Source: Arenicellales bacterium (lineage in GTDB: Bacteria > Pseudomonadota > Gammaproteobacteria > Arenicellales > Poriferihabitantaceae). From it: a DNA stretch of 64,000 bases. The first letter of the stretch is position 1, and every line of letters begins with the position of its first letter. The stretch spans positions 2,711,208 to 2,775,207 of the forward strand of contig OY843749.1 of assembly GCA_963693025.1 (NCBI GenBank). Direction: 5' to 3'. The notes below the pieces were generated by a model that saw only the letters and a program-made list of their open reading frames with translations, ran no database searches and was not told the DNA's origin. Below, in pieces: positions 51,191-64,000 of the stretch. A program made the position numbers and the translations under genes.

Positions 51191-51973
51191 TCAGCGCCGC
51201 ACTTCGATGCCGCGCTCCGCCATAAATTGTTTGGCTTGCTGCACCGTGTATTCGCCGAAGTGAAAAATGCTCGCCGCCAGGACCGCATCGGCGCCGCCTT
51301 CTAGGATGCCGTCCGCCAGATGTTGCAGACCGCCGACGCCGCCGGAGGCGATGACCGGCACGGTGACGGCTTCGGCGATTTGCGCGGTCAATGCCAGGTC
51401 GAAGCCGTCTCGCGTGCCGTCGCGGTCCATGCTGGTGACCAGCAACTCGCCCGCGCCCAGTTGCGCCATTCGGCTCGCCCATTCCACGGCGTCGATGCCG
51501 GTCGGCTTGCGCCCGCCGTGGGTGTAGATTTCCCACTTCGGATGGTCGCCGTCGCCGCCATCGCCACCACTACGCTTAGCGTCAATCGCCACCACGATGC
51601 ACTGGTTGCCGAAATGCTCGCTCGCTTCGCGGATGAAATCCGGGCGCACCACGGCGGTGGTGTTGATGGACACCTTGTCGGCGCCGGCGCGCAGCAGCGT
51701 GTGGATGTCCTCAATGCGGCGGATGCCGCCGCCCACAGTCAGCGGGATGAACACCTCGCCCGCCACTTGCTCGACCACGCCCGCCATCGTGTCGCGCGCA
51801 TCCGAGCTGGCGGTGATGTCGAGGAAGGTGATTTCGTCGGCGCCCTGGGCGTCGTAGCGCCGCGCCGCTTCCACCGGGTCGCCGGCGTCCACGATATCGA
51901 CAAAGCGCACGCCCTTGACCACCCTGCCGGCATCGACGTCGAGACAGGGAATGATTCGTTTGGCGAGCGCCAT
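51191..51973 (-). CDS. hisF: Imidazole glycerol phosphate synthase cyclase subunit
   Basis: [38 protein letters not shown]. Confidence 0.96.
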   Translation of the reverse strand: MALAKRIIPCLDVDAGRVVKGVRFVDIVDAGDPVEAARRYDAQGADEITFLDITASSDARDTMAGVVEQVAGEVFIPLTVGGGIRRIEDIHTLLRAGADKVSINTTAVVRPDFIREASEHFGNQCIVVAIDAKRSGGDGGDGDHPKWEIYTHGGRKPTGIDAVEWASRMAQLGAGELLVTSMDRDGTRDGFDLALTAQIAEAVTVPVIASGGVGGLQHLADGILEGGADAVLAASIFHFGEYTVQQAKQFMAERGIEVRR

Positions 51974-52007
51974 CGATTCGCTTTCGCTAAGGCTGGCTTG
52001 GCGCGCG

Positions 52008-52763
52008 TTACAGGGCGAATGCGCCGCGCCCGGCAATCTCGTCGGCGGCGCGCTGCCCGGCGGCGAAGTCCAGCGTGCCTTCGTAAATCGCCCGCCCGGT
52101 GATGGCGCCGATGATGCCGGAGCCCGACAACGCGGCGAGTTTTTTCACGTTGTCGATGTTGTGAATGCCGCCGGAGGCGATGACCGGGATGTTGACCGCC
52201 TCGGCGAGTTTGAGCGTGGCTTCTATGTTGACCCCTTGCAGCATGCCGTCGCGCGCGATGTCGGTGTAGATGATGGCTTCGACCCCATCGGCTTCGAAGT
52301 GCTGCGCCATATCGATGACATCGTGGCGCGAGAGTTTCGACCAGCCTTCGGTCGCCACCTTGCCGTCGCGGGCGTCCAGACCGACGATGACATGCGTTGG
52401 AAACTCGGCGCACAAGTCGCTGATGAAATGCGGCTCGGCGACCGCCCGCGTGCCGATGATGACATAGCGCACGCCCGCCTGAATATAGACTTCCACGGCG
52501 TCCTCGTTGCGGATGCCGCCGCCGACTTGAATCGGCAAGTCCGGGTGGGCGTCGGCGATTTGGTGGATGATGTCGAGGTTGACCGGCGCGCCGGCGACGG
52601 CGCCGTCCAAATCCACGATATGCAACCGCCGTGCGCCCGCCTCAACCCAGCGCGCCGCCATCGCCACCGGGTCGTCGGAAAACACCGTGGCGTCGTTCAT
52701 GTCGCCCTGGCGCAGGCGCACGCATTTGCCGTCTTTCAGGTCAATCGCCGGAATTAAAAGCAT
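52008..52763 (-). CDS. hisA: ProFAR isomerase
   Basis: [37 protein letters not shown]. Confidence 0.95.
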   Translation of the reverse strand: MLLIPAIDLKDGKCVRLRQGDMNDATVFSDDPVAMAARWVEAGARRLHIVDLDGAVAGAPVNLDIIHQIADAHPDLPIQVGGGIRNEDAVEVYIQAGVRYVIIGTRAVAEPHFISDLCAEFPTHVIVGLDARDGKVATEGWSKLSRHDVIDMAQHFEADGVEAIIYTDIARDGMLQGVNIEATLKLAEAVNIPVIASGGIHNIDNVKKLAALSGSGIIGAITGRAIYEGTLDFAAGQRAADEIAGRGAFAL

Positions 52764-52768
52764 GTCGG

Positions 52769-53470
52769 TCAAGCCCCGTTCCAGTTGACGAAATTGTGCA
52801 GCAATTGTAGCCCCGCGCGCTGGCTTTTTTCGGGGTGGAATTGCGTGGCGAACAGGTTGTCGCGCGCCGCCGCCGCGGTGAAGGTGACGCCGTAATCGCA
52901 TTCGCCGACCACCTCCGTGCCTTGCGCGCTATCGACAAAATAACTGTGCACGAAATAGAAGCGCTGGCGGTCGTCGATGCCGTGCCACAACGGATGGTCG
53001 CGCGACTGCCGCACGCGGTTCCAGCCCATGTGGGGGATTTTTAGTGGGGCGGCGTTATTGTTGCGGTTGGGGTTGCGGTGGTCGTGGTCGCCACCGCCGT
53101 CGTTGCCGCCACCGCCACCGCGCGAAACGCCGCCGGCGAAATGCCTGACCGTCCCCTTGAACAACCCAAGCCCCGGCAGCCCGCCGTTTTCCTCGCTGTG
53201 CGTGTACAGCGCTTCCAAGCCGAGGCAGATGCCGAGCACCGGTCCCTGCCGCAGCCGCCCAAGCACCGCCGAGCGCAACTCGGCGCCGGCGTTCAGGCGG
53301 TCAATCCATGCGCCGAGCGCGCCCTGGCCCGGCAGTATCAGATGCTCGGCGGCTGCGATGACCGGCGGCTCGGCGCTGACGCAGACGCCGTCGCCGCCGA
53401 CATGCTCCACCGCCTTGCTGACGGAGCGCAGGTTGCCGGTGCCAAGGTCAACGATGACGATGCGTGACAT
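52769..53470 (-). CDS. hisH: Imidazole glycerol phosphate synthase glutaminase subunit
   Basis: GNLRSV, GICLG, PHMGWN, YFVHSY, QFHPEKS. Confidence 0.95.
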   Translation of the reverse strand: MSRIVIVDLGTGNLRSVSKAVEHVGGDGVCVSAEPPVIAAAEHLILPGQGALGAWIDRLNAGAELRSAVLGRLRQGPVLGICLGLEALYTHSEENGGLPGLGLFKGTVRHFAGGVSRGGGGGNDGGGDHDHRNPNRNNNAAPLKIPHMGWNRVRQSRDHPLWHGIDDRQRFYFVHSYFVDSAQGTEVVGECDYGVTFTAAAARDNLFATQFHPEKSQRAGLQLLHNFVNWNGA

Positions 53471-53499
53471 GCGTTGCCCGCCGTTGCCGGCGCCCCAAT

Positions 53500-54090
53500 C
53501 TAAAGCCGCCCTTTGGTCGAGGGAATGCCGATCATGCGCGGGTCCGCCTCCGCCGCCATGCGCACGGCGCGGCCAAACGCCTTGAAGATGGTCTCGGCAA
53601 TGTGGTGCGAATTGGCGCCGCGCAGGTTGTCGATGTGCAGCGTCACCAGCGCGTGATTGCAGAAGCCCTGAAAAAACTCGTGAATCAACCCGGTGGCAAA
53701 ACGCCCAATCATCGCGTCGGGAAAACGCGCGTTCAACGTCAACAACGGCCGCCCGGAAAAATCCACCACCACGCGGCTCAACGCCTCGTCCAGCGGCACA
53801 TAAGCATGCCCATAACGCCGCACCCCCTTCTTGTCGCCCATCGCCTCACCCACCGCCTGCCCAAGCGTAATGCCGATGTCCTCCACCGTATGATGGTCAT
53901 CAACATGCAAATCCCCCCGCGCCGCCACCTCCAAATCCATCACCCCATGCCGCGCCACCTGCTCCAACATATGCTCAAGAAACGGCACCCCGGTATCCAG
54001 TTTCGCGCTTCCGGCGCCGTCGAGGTTAACCTTGACGGAGATTTTGGTTTCTTTGGTGGTGCGGGTGATTTTGGCGGTGCGGTTGGTCAT
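53500..54090 (-). CDS. hisB: Imidazoleglycerol-phosphate dehydratase
   Basis: [31 protein letters not shown]. Confidence 0.96.
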   Translation of the reverse strand: MTNRTAKITRTTKETKISVKVNLDGAGSAKLDTGVPFLEHMLEQVARHGVMDLEVAARGDLHVDDHHTVEDIGITLGQAVGEAMGDKKGVRRYGHAYVPLDEALSRVVVDFSGRPLLTLNARFPDAMIGRFATGLIHEFFQGFCNHALVTLHIDNLRGANSHHIAETIFKAFGRAVRMAAEADPRMIGIPSTKGRL

Positions 54091-54185
54091 GGGAGTGGGT
54101 GGGTGAATGTGTTTGTTGCTGAGTATACAAGCAAATGAAGGGGGTGGGTAGGTGTTGGCTGGGTTGAGCGGTGGGGACCCAACGT

Positions 54186-54957
54186 CGTCATTCTCGAGCG
54201 TTAGTGTCCGTTGCCGCCGCGCCTTTTCTTTTAAGCGGCGGCTTACCGGACACTTACGACCTCGGGAATCTCCCTAAGACTGGCACAGGCTTCGCCAAAG
54301 TCCACGCTAGTATTAGGAAGATTCCCGAAGGTGATGAAAAATATGGTCGCCTGCCGGCTCCCTATTTTTCTATCATTCGAGAATGACGAGTAGTTGGTTA
54401 TTTTTCTACCGTTCGAGAATGACGGGTATATATAACTCGTCATTCTCGAGCGTTAGTGTCCGTTGCCGCCGCGCTTCTTCTTTTAAGCGGCGGCTTACCG
54501 GACACTTACGACCTCGGGAATCTCCCTAAGACTGGCACGGGCTTTGTTGGAATTCACGGTAGTCTTAGGGAGATTCCCGAATCGAAGAAAATATGGTCGC
54601 CTATCGGCTCCCTATTTTCTACCGTTCGAGAATGACGGGTATATATAACTCGTCATTCTCGAGCGTTAGTGTCCGTTGCCGCCGCGCTTTTTCTTTTAAG
54701 CGGCGGCTTACCGGACACTTACGACCTCGGGAATCTCCCTAAGACTAGCGCTGAGCCCAAACAACGCCATTCCCAACCACTTCGTCATTCCCCAACTTCG
54801 TCATTCCCCCCACTTCGTCATTCCCCCCACTTCGTCATTCTCGAGCGTTAGTGTCCGTTGCCGCCGCGCTTTTTCTTTTAAGCGGCGGCTTACCGGACAC
54901 TTACGACCTCGGGAATCTCCCTAAGGCTACCGTGAATTCCAACAAAGCCCGTCATTC
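54186..54957. repeat. REP-like repeat cluster 15 (four tandem plus-orientation cores)
   Basis: Cores at ~54186, 54438, 54651 and 54833; identical linker GGGTATATATAACTC twice. Confidence 0.95.
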
Positions 54958-55112
54958 ACAACCCACCAACTTCGTGAAAAAAATCCCATTATATCGAGGA
55001 GTGAAGGCGGTTTGATTGAGGAGACAAACTCAGGTTATGGATAAAAAATCTTCCAAATTGCTATGGATGTGTTATAAACCAGATTGCAATCTACTTATGA
55101 TGGAATACCACA

Positions 55113-55322
55113 ATGAACAATCGATTAGAACAGCGGACACTGGGGCAGCCGGCACCGGGACAGCCGACACCGGGACAGCCGACACCGGGACAGCCGACAC
55201 CGGGACAGCCGACACCGGGACAGCCGACACCAGGACAGCAACCATCGCCCCCGCCGGGACGGCAGCCGCATGAGCGGGAGATCCCAAGACCCGATCTACC
55301 GCCACCGAAAAAACCTGCCTGA
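55113..55322 (+). CDS. Small Pro/Gln-rich protein with (PGQPT)5 repeat
   Basis: ATG start, ends 12 bp before the next gene's start, near its AGGAGG; low complexity makes coding status uncertain. Confidence 0.45.
   Translation: MNNRLEQRTLGQPAPGQPTPGQPTPGQPTPGQPTPGQPTPGQQPSPPPGRQPHEREIPRPDLPPPKKPA
55155..55229 (+). repeat. 5 x 15-bp tandem repeat CCGGGACAGCCGACA
   Basis: Read directly, with degenerate flanking copies. Confidence 0.95.
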
Positions 55323-55334
55323 CAGGAGGCAATC

Positions 55335-55859
55335 ATGAGCACAGACAACACATTAGAGGCCCAAGAGAGTCTCCTCACCAGAAGCGAAATGTCGGCGCAC
55401 TATCACTCCCATCGGCTTCGGTTTCTGAATAGAGTGCATCGGTTCACGATGTTTTTCGTAGCCCTTACCGGCACCGCGATTTTCGCCAAAGTATTCGGCG
55501 AATATTCAAGTTGGTTAGGCGCAGCACCAGCTGTCATTGTGCTGTTGGAATTGGTTTTTAAAATCCAGGACGCGCACAGTTCGCATCAATATCTGTATCG
55601 AGAATTTACCCTTTTATCAGGAAAAATCGCATCCACCCCAAACGCCGATGAAAAAAAGGTGCGGCGTTGGAATGCGAAGTTGTATAAATTACATGCCGAT
55701 GAGCCGCCGGTATATCGCGCACTGAACCAGCATATGCACAATGAACAGGCTATACGGGTCGGCGACTGCGATGCAGTCCGACCATTGGGTTGGTGGCATT
55801 CGATGCTGAAAAATTGGTTCACTTTCCCAGGATATGGTCACAAAGAAGCCGGTGCTTAA
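55335..55859 (+). CDS. Two-TM protein, SLATT-like effector
   Basis: AGGAGG RBS; S.HYH..R.RF followed by two TM helices and a helical tail (H..LY..F...EPP); lower GC than flanks. Confidence 0.5.
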   Translation: MSTDNTLEAQESLLTRSEMSAHYHSHRLRFLNRVHRFTMFFVALTGTAIFAKVFGEYSSWLGAAPAVIVLLELVFKIQDAHSSHQYLYREFTLLSGKIASTPNADEKKVRRWNAKLYKLHADEPPVYRALNQHMHNEQAIRVGDCDAVRPLGWWHSMLKNWFTFPGYGHKEAGA

Positions 55860-55957
55860 CTCCGGTGGCGCAGGAGCCTACCGTTACTAAATCGCGCCAA
55901 TTCTTTCCATAACTACCAACGCAACAATTACTCTCTGATAGTGCTTAATTTCATCCG

Positions 55958-56077
55958 AAGTCCGCGCTAAACGGGACGAGATTCCCGAGGACGCAAGTGT
56001 CCGTAAGCCGCCGCAAGAAGAAGCGCGGCGGCAAACGGACACTAACGCTCGAGAATGACGAGTAGTAGGGAATGACG
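55958..56077. repeat. REP-like repeat cluster 16 (partial)
   Basis: Minus-orientation core ending GAGAATGACG. Confidence 0.9.
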
Positions 56078-56136
56078 GGGTTTGGGGTTTTTGTTGGTGG
56101 GCTGGCGCTGAGGCGCGACGGGTTTGTTCAGCGCCG

Positions 56137-59100
56137 TCAAATCTTATCTATCTCATCCATAACCCCCGCCGTCTCCACCAGCGCCACGATCACCTTCTGA
56201 TAATGCTCAATTTCCTCCCAACTCAACACCCGCCCCTTGCGGTCTTTTAGCCACTTTTGCGCGGGCTGGTAACCGCCGATGTAAAACTCCCAGGCGGCTT
56301 TGGGGACACCGGCGAAGTGCTGGGTTTTGTTGAGCCATACTTTACCGGCGTCGTATTTGATTTGGGTGACGATGTTGTCGCCGGGTTGCGGGTAGGTGGT
56401 GATTAGGGTGTTGAGTTTGGCGCTTTCCATTAGGTGCAGTGCGCGCAATTCGGCGCCGAGCGCGGCTAGGGCGCGGAATTGTTTTTGGTTGGCGGGGTAG
56501 GGGACGCGCGGGAAGTCTATTTTCAGGAACTCGCGGTATTTGCGGCGGTAGGTTGGGCTATGGAGGGTGGCGTAGATGTAGTCCAGCAGGTCGATGGGGG
56601 CGAAGGTGTTGTCTTCGTCGGTTTTTTCCGGGGTGAAGCGCAGGGTGAGTTTGTCGGCAATGGTTTTTATGATGTCGGGGTTTAGGTTGGGTTTGCGGAT
56701 TGGTTGTTTGTCCAGGGTTTGTTGTTTTTCTTCGGGGTATAAATAGAGAGGAAAGCCGTATCCTATTTCACTTGTTTTGTTGGAAACCAGAGACGACTCA
56801 AAAATTTGATTGGTGATGAACGAATGGAAATAGTTTTCAGAGCCTTTGAATTGTCGGCAAACAGCCAACCCTACATTTTCACCCTCAATCAAGTGCCGCA
56901 TAACCTTGCCACGAGGCATACAGTGAAACCCTTTTGATTTGCCAGTGTAATAGGTATAGCGAATATCGAATGGACGGTAACTTATCAGCACCGGTTTGTC
57001 GTTGTTATTATCAAATATATTTTCCTCCATGTCTTTTCTCGCAAAACTCACTTTCCAATCCCTAACATCCCGACCAAGCGAATATTTTTCACGAGCGGTT
57101 TCATCGTCCATGGCACGAAATCCGGCAATGGCGCTTTTCAACTCTTGCGGTGTATGGTAAATGGTGAAACTGTCCCGTGCCGTGACGATGCCGACCGAAT
57201 TGATTGGAAACAATTCATTGACCGAAAACCCTATCTCATACTCGCCTTGTAACTCATAGTTCATCGGCACAAAAAAGTATTGTGGCACCTGTGGTTTCAA
57301 CTCTGCGAAATCAATCTGCTTGAAATCATTGCCCCACAAAAACTCGTATTTGCTTTCTCGTTCGCCGTATAAATCGTGGTGAAACACGCGCGCCAATTCG
57401 CCAATTTTCTTTTCGCCGGTTTTGATAAACAAATTGATAGAAACGCCCTGTTGAATATCAAACACGTTCTTATCGGCTGAACCATCAGGCGAGGTTTCTT
57501 TTTTCTTGCTGTTGCCGTGCAAGTCAATAATGTAAATCGCATCGAAACTTTGCAGCAAACTCCAGCGCATTCCGCGAAAGGTCGGGTTGTCTAAAAAACT
57601 GTGATTGTTGACGTAAGCAAGCACGCCTTCGCCGGTGCGGTCGATGTAATGCTGACCGTAGCAAATGAATTTCACATAGTCATCGTTGAGCCATTTAGAG
57701 TTTTTTTCCTTTAACTTTCCGCCACTTGGTTCTTGCTTGTAGTCTTGTAACAAATTTGTAATCCATTCGCCTTTGTTTGCCGATTCACCACTATACGGCG
57801 GATTACCAATCACCACCATCACCGGCGTATCACGCTTGATGAAGTTCGCTTCGTTGGCTTCGGTTGCAAGCCATTGCGAGAACAACGTGCCAGTGTCTGG
57901 ATGGTGTTCTTCCAGCGAGTTGGTAAGAAAAACCCGCAAGCGTTTATTGCCCAAATCGCAACCGCTGTCGCGCAACACCATTTCCAGTTTGGTATGCGCC
58001 ATTGCATACGATGCAAGCAACACTTCAAAGCCGTTCAAGCGCGGGATTAAATCCTGTTTTACATAGTCGGGCCAGATGCCTTCCTGACCGGCAAACTGCT
58101 TGCTGTAAATTTCCTGCACGATGGCGGCGAGGAAGGTGCCGGTGCCGGCGGCGGGGTCCAGGATTTGCACTTTGTGCACTTCGGTTTGGTATGTCTCCGC
58201 TTTGCCTTGCTTGCGTTTGTCGGTGGACGGCGCGCCTTCAATTTCAATGACGGTTTTGCTCGTGTCGGCGAGTCCGTCTTTCAGGTTGAATTCGGTTCGC
58301 AGGATTTCATCGACCGCGCGCACGATGAAATTGACCACCGGTTCGGGGGTGTAATAAACGCCTCTGCTCTTGCGCAGTTTGGGGTCGTATTCGCCGAGGA
58401 AGGTTTCGTAAAAGTGGATGAACGGGTCGTTTTGCTGGGTGGCTTTGCCGTAGCCTTTCATCAATTCGCCGACATCGGCGGCGCGAAAGACATCGGCGAG
58501 GTCGTCCACAATCCAGTGGATGCGCTTGTCCAAGTCGTAGCCGGCGATGTGTTGGAAAAACTTGCGCAGGAACGGGTTGGTGGAGGGAATCAATTCGCCC
58601 GCTTCAAAGCGCGTGAAGGTGGCGGGCGTGGGGTCGTGCAAGCGCGCGGCGAACATTCCGTAGGCGACGGTTTGCGCGTAAATATCGGCGAAACCGGCGG
58701 CGTCCAAGTCGTGGATTAGGTGTTTCTTGAATGCGCTCAGTTGCCCTTGCAGCGCGCTTTCCATTTCGTCTTGCCGCGCCCCGCGGGCTTGCGCGCGGTC
58801 GTCTCGAATCAGCGCTTCGGTAATGGTCGCCGCCAGCATCCGCGCTTTGTGCGCCATGCGCCCGGCGAGGTCGTTGGCGGCGGTGATGGTCTGTCCGTGG
58901 TAAGCGCCGAAGTTGGTGATTAGGTCGGCGAACTGGGCGAAGTTTTGCGGCAGAGGTTTGATTTTTCCGCCGCTGAGTTCGGCGATGGCAACCGAAGCGG
59001 CTGGTTTTATTTCGCCGTCACGATGGAAACGAAACTCGAGGTAGTTGGTGAAGATTAGATTGTCGAGCGATTCGACATAGCGTTTTAACTGTGCGCGGTG

Positions 59101-59343
59101 GGTGGTGTCGTCCAGTGATTTGTCGACGTTTTTCGCTTCGATGTAACCGAGTGGGATGCCGTCTCGCGCCAATACATAGTCGGGCGCACCGCATTCAATG
59201 CGGCGCGGTTCGTTGGTGATGTCCACATCGGGCAACAACGCACGAACCAGTTCCTGCAAGTCGCCGCGAAAACTGTGTTCGGTGGAAATGCCGCCGGCGT
59301 GGGTGGCGGCGATTGAGGTGATGTAGGTGTGGAGGGGTGGCAT
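56137..59343 (-). CDS. Single-polypeptide restriction-modification enzyme (Type IIG / Type ISP-like C-terminus)
   Basis: N-terminal PD..(Y)IEAK nuclease, GVYYTP, LDPAAGTGTF (motif I), GNPPY (motif IV), C-terminal ...IGGYQPAQKWLKDRKGR. Confidence 0.85.
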   Translation of the reverse strand: MPPLHTYITSIAATHAGGISTEHSFRGDLQELVRALLPDVDITNEPRRIECGAPDYVLARDGIPLGYIEAKNVDKSLDDTTHRAQLKRYVESLDNLIFTNYLEFRFHRDGEIKPAASVAIAELSGGKIKPLPQNFAQFADLITNFGAYHGQTITAANDLAGRMAHKARMLAATITEALIRDDRAQARGARQDEMESALQGQLSAFKKHLIHDLDAAGFADIYAQTVAYGMFAARLHDPTPATFTRFEAGELIPSTNPFLRKFFQHIAGYDLDKRIHWIVDDLADVFRAADVGELMKGYGKATQQNDPFIHFYETFLGEYDPKLRKSRGVYYTPEPVVNFIVRAVDEILRTEFNLKDGLADTSKTVIEIEGAPSTDKRKQGKAETYQTEVHKVQILDPAAGTGTFLAAIVQEIYSKQFAGQEGIWPDYVKQDLIPRLNGFEVLLASYAMAHTKLEMVLRDSGCDLGNKRLRVFLTNSLEEHHPDTGTLFSQWLATEANEANFIKRDTPVMVVIGNPPYSGESANKGEWITNLLQDYKQEPSGGKLKEKNSKWLNDDYVKFICYGQHYIDRTGEGVLAYVNNHSFLDNPTFRGMRWSLLQSFDAIYIIDLHGNSKKKETSPDGSADKNVFDIQQGVSINLFIKTGEKKIGELARVFHHDLYGERESKYEFLWGNDFKQIDFAELKPQVPQYFFVPMNYELQGEYEIGFSVNELFPINSVGIVTARDSFTIYHTPQELKSAIAGFRAMDDETAREKYSLGRDVRDWKVSFARKDMEENIFDNNNDKPVLISYRPFDIRYTYYTGKSKGFHCMPRGKVMRHLIEGENVGLAVCRQFKGSENYFHSFITNQIFESSLVSNKTSEIGYGFPLYLYPEEKQQTLDKQPIRKPNLNPDIIKTIADKLTLRFTPEKTDEDNTFAPIDLLDYIYATLHSPTYRRKYREFLKIDFPRVPYPANQKQFRALAALGAELRALHLMESAKLNTLITTYPQPGDNIVTQIKYDAGKVWLNKTQHFAGVPKAAWEFYIGGYQPAQKWLKDRKGRVLSWEEIEHYQKVIVALVETAGVMDEIDKI

Positions 59344-59384
59344 TGGGGGAATTTAGCATGGTGGGGGGTGTTGTTTGTGGGGGG

Positions 59385-59559
59385 TGACGGCTTTGTTGGA
59401 ATTCGCGGTAGTCTTAGGGAGATTCCCGAGGTCGTAAGTGTCCGTAAGCCGCCGCTTAAAAGAAAAGGCGCGGCGGCAAACGGACACTAACGCTCGAGAA
59501 TGACGAAGTTGGCGGCAACGGACACTAACGCTCGAAATGACGAAGTTGGGGGAATGACG
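59385..59559. repeat. REP-like repeat cluster 17
   Basis: Minus-orientation core plus stutters. Confidence 0.93.
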
Positions 59560-59657
59560 AAGTTGTGGTCTTGACCCCAAACCAAAATACAACGACACTA
59601 TCCCCGGTTGCCGCTCAACCACCGCAACCGATGTAAACCCAACCCCAAGGAACCCCC

Positions 59658-60746
59658 ATGCAAAAGGAATGGCTTCAACTCATCCACTGGAAAGGGCTGC
59701 CGCTTGCCGCCAAGTATAAGTTGGTGCGGGTTTTGGGGTCGGCGGGGGCGGTTTTGGGGGCGGATTTGGGGACGGTGGCGGGGGTGTTGGGGGGGGATGT
59801 TAAGGTGCCTCGGCGGGTTTATCCTGATGTTAGCGCCGACTTGGAGATTTTGGAGCGCGTTGGGGGCGGGTTTGTCGGGTTTAATGAGGCGGGGTTTCCG
59901 CCGTTGCTTAATCAGATTAATTCGCCGCCGTTGGGGTTGTTTGTGTTGGGTGAGCGCGCGTTGTTGAGTTCGCCGCAACTGGCGGTGGTCGGCAGCCGCG
60001 ACCCGACGCCGGCGGGGAAGCGCACCACCGAGCGGTTTGCGGCGGAGTTGTGCGCCACCGGGCTGACCATCACCAGCGGCATGGCGCGGGGCATCGACCA
60101 CAGCGCGCATCGCGGCTGCCTCGACGCCGGCGGCAAGACCATCGCGGTGGTCGCCACCGGCATCGATGTGGCGTATCCGCGCGCCAACGAAGCGCTGAGC
60201 CGGGAGATTGCCGCGCGCGGGTTGCTGGTCTCCGAATACCCGCCCGGCACGCCGCCGCGGCGCGAGTATTTTCCGCAGCGCAACCGCATCATCAGCGGCT
60301 TGTCGCTCGGCACGCTGGTGGTCGAAGCCGGCATCCGCAGCGGCAGTTTGATTACCGCGCGGCTGGCGGGGGAGCAGGGGCGGGAGGTATTCGCCGTGCC
60401 CGGTTCAATCCACGTGCCGGTGAGCCGCGGCTGCCATCGCCTGCTGCGCCAGGGCGCCAAACTGGTGGAGACCACCGATGACATTCTCGAGGAAATCGGG
60501 CAGTTCTTCAGCGCACAACCGGGCGCAGAGCAGCGCCGCGCCGCCACCCAATCAACCCCCGCGCCCACGCCACGCGACGAACTCTCGCCGTTGTATAATC
60601 TGATAGACTACGCCCCCACTTCCATCGACCAACTAATCGAAGCCAGCGGATTGACGGCGGACCAAGTTTCATACATCCTAATGGAGTTGGAACTCAACGG
60701 ATTCATCGCCGCCGCGTCCGGGGGCTATCAGCGACTGCCGAAATAA
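59658..60746 (+). CDS. dprA: DNA-processing protein DprA
   Basis: AVVGSR, ITSGMARGID..AH, FPQRNRIISGLS, SGSLITA, GREVFAVPG; wHTH tail. Confidence 0.93.
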   Translation: MQKEWLQLIHWKGLPLAAKYKLVRVLGSAGAVLGADLGTVAGVLGGDVKVPRRVYPDVSADLEILERVGGGFVGFNEAGFPPLLNQINSPPLGLFVLGERALLSSPQLAVVGSRDPTPAGKRTTERFAAELCATGLTITSGMARGIDHSAHRGCLDAGGKTIAVVATGIDVAYPRANEALSREIAARGLLVSEYPPGTPPRREYFPQRNRIISGLSLGTLVVEAGIRSGSLITARLAGEQGREVFAVPGSIHVPVSRGCHRLLRQGAKLVETTDDILEEIGQFFSAQPGAEQRRAATQSTPAPTPRDELSPLYNLIDYAPTSIDQLIEASGLTADQVSYILMELELNGFIAAASGGYQRLPK

Positions 60747-60781
60747 CCACCGCGCCCAGCCGGTTTTTGCGGATTTTATCA

Positions 60782-61270
60782 ATGAAAGAAAACGTGCTTG
60801 ATGTGCTTATCTATATGTTTGAGAACTATATGTTTGATGAAGAAGAGGGGCATGGTCCCGACCAGGAGGCGCTGGCGCAGGAGCTCAGCCAAGCCGGTTT
60901 TGAGCACGGCATGATCGACCGCGCCTTTGACTGGTTGGAGAATTTGGCGCAACTGTGCGAGCAGAGCCCTGAGGGGGCTGGACCAGCCGCCAAGCAGGAC
61001 GCGCTGCGCCACTACACGCCGCACGAAGCCGAGCGCCTCGGTATGGAAGCGCAGGGCTTGTTGCTCAACTTAGAGCAGTGCGGCGTGCTCGACCCGGTGT
61101 CGCGGGAAATGGTGATTAACCAACTGATGGCGCTCGGCGTCGACAGCATCGACCTCGACCACCTCAAGTGGGTCATCCTGATGGTGCTGAGCAACTACTC
61201 CGAAGGCGAGGGCATTTCCGACCTGACCGAATCGCTGGTGTTGGAAGGGTTGCATACTTGCATTCACTAG
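60782..61270 (+). CDS. smg: Smg / DUF494 protein
   Basis: MKENVLDVLIYMFENY, AGF...I..AFDWL, LKWVILMVL; position after dprA. Confidence 0.88.
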   Translation: MKENVLDVLIYMFENYMFDEEEGHGPDQEALAQELSQAGFEHGMIDRAFDWLENLAQLCEQSPEGAGPAAKQDALRHYTPHEAERLGMEAQGLLLNLEQCGVLDPVSREMVINQLMALGVDSIDLDHLKWVILMVLSNYSEGEGISDLTESLVLEGLHTCIH

Positions 61271-61298
61271 ACCCGCGCAAACCGACACCCCACCGACA

Positions 61299-63953
<2,655 letters not shown>

Positions 63954-63969
63954 GTTTTGGGTCCGACTT

Positions 63970-64000
63970 CGTCATTCTCCACTACTCCGTCATTCTCGAG
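63970..64000. repeat. REP-like repeat cluster 18 (start, truncated by window)
   Basis: CGTCATTCTCCACTACTCCGTCATTCTCGAG. Confidence 0.85.

Noticed and set aside
54186-54957. Tandem repeat units as a CRISPR array
   Set aside because: Units are ~90-210 bp, the intervening parts are themselves repeated modules rather than unique spacers, copies are dispersed, and no cas genes are present.

Overview
GC-rich proteobacterial chromosome segment. It is probably from a marine or host-associated gamma/beta-proteobacterium, inferred from gene content only. It carries housekeeping genes (hisBHAFI, argG/argF, metY, guaD/uraD/uraH, hda, rnpB, dprA-smg-topB, LPS acyl/glycosyltransferases, a TAXI-TRAP transporter) interleaved with accessory genes: two TMTC-like and one DUF2723/TMEM260-like membrane glycosyltransferase around a polyprenol-P-mannose synthase-GtrA fusion, an Ig-repeat autotransporter, two restriction-modification genes, a SLATT-like 2TM gene, an IS1182 and a related MITE. 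Eighteen intergenic clusters of one modular palindromic repeat family (CGTCATTC...GAATGACG ends, REP/dRS3-like) punctuate the window. The most striking signal is a strand-asymmetric compositional halo around nearly every cluster. On the + strand the pattern is [C/A-rich][G/T-rich][repeat][C/A-rich][G/T-rich], with sharp switch points roughly 65-235 bp from the repeat edges. It is independent of gene orientation and largely confined to synonymous sites, which suggests a repeat-anchored localized mutagenic process. All calls were made by eye from motifs; no database searches were run.
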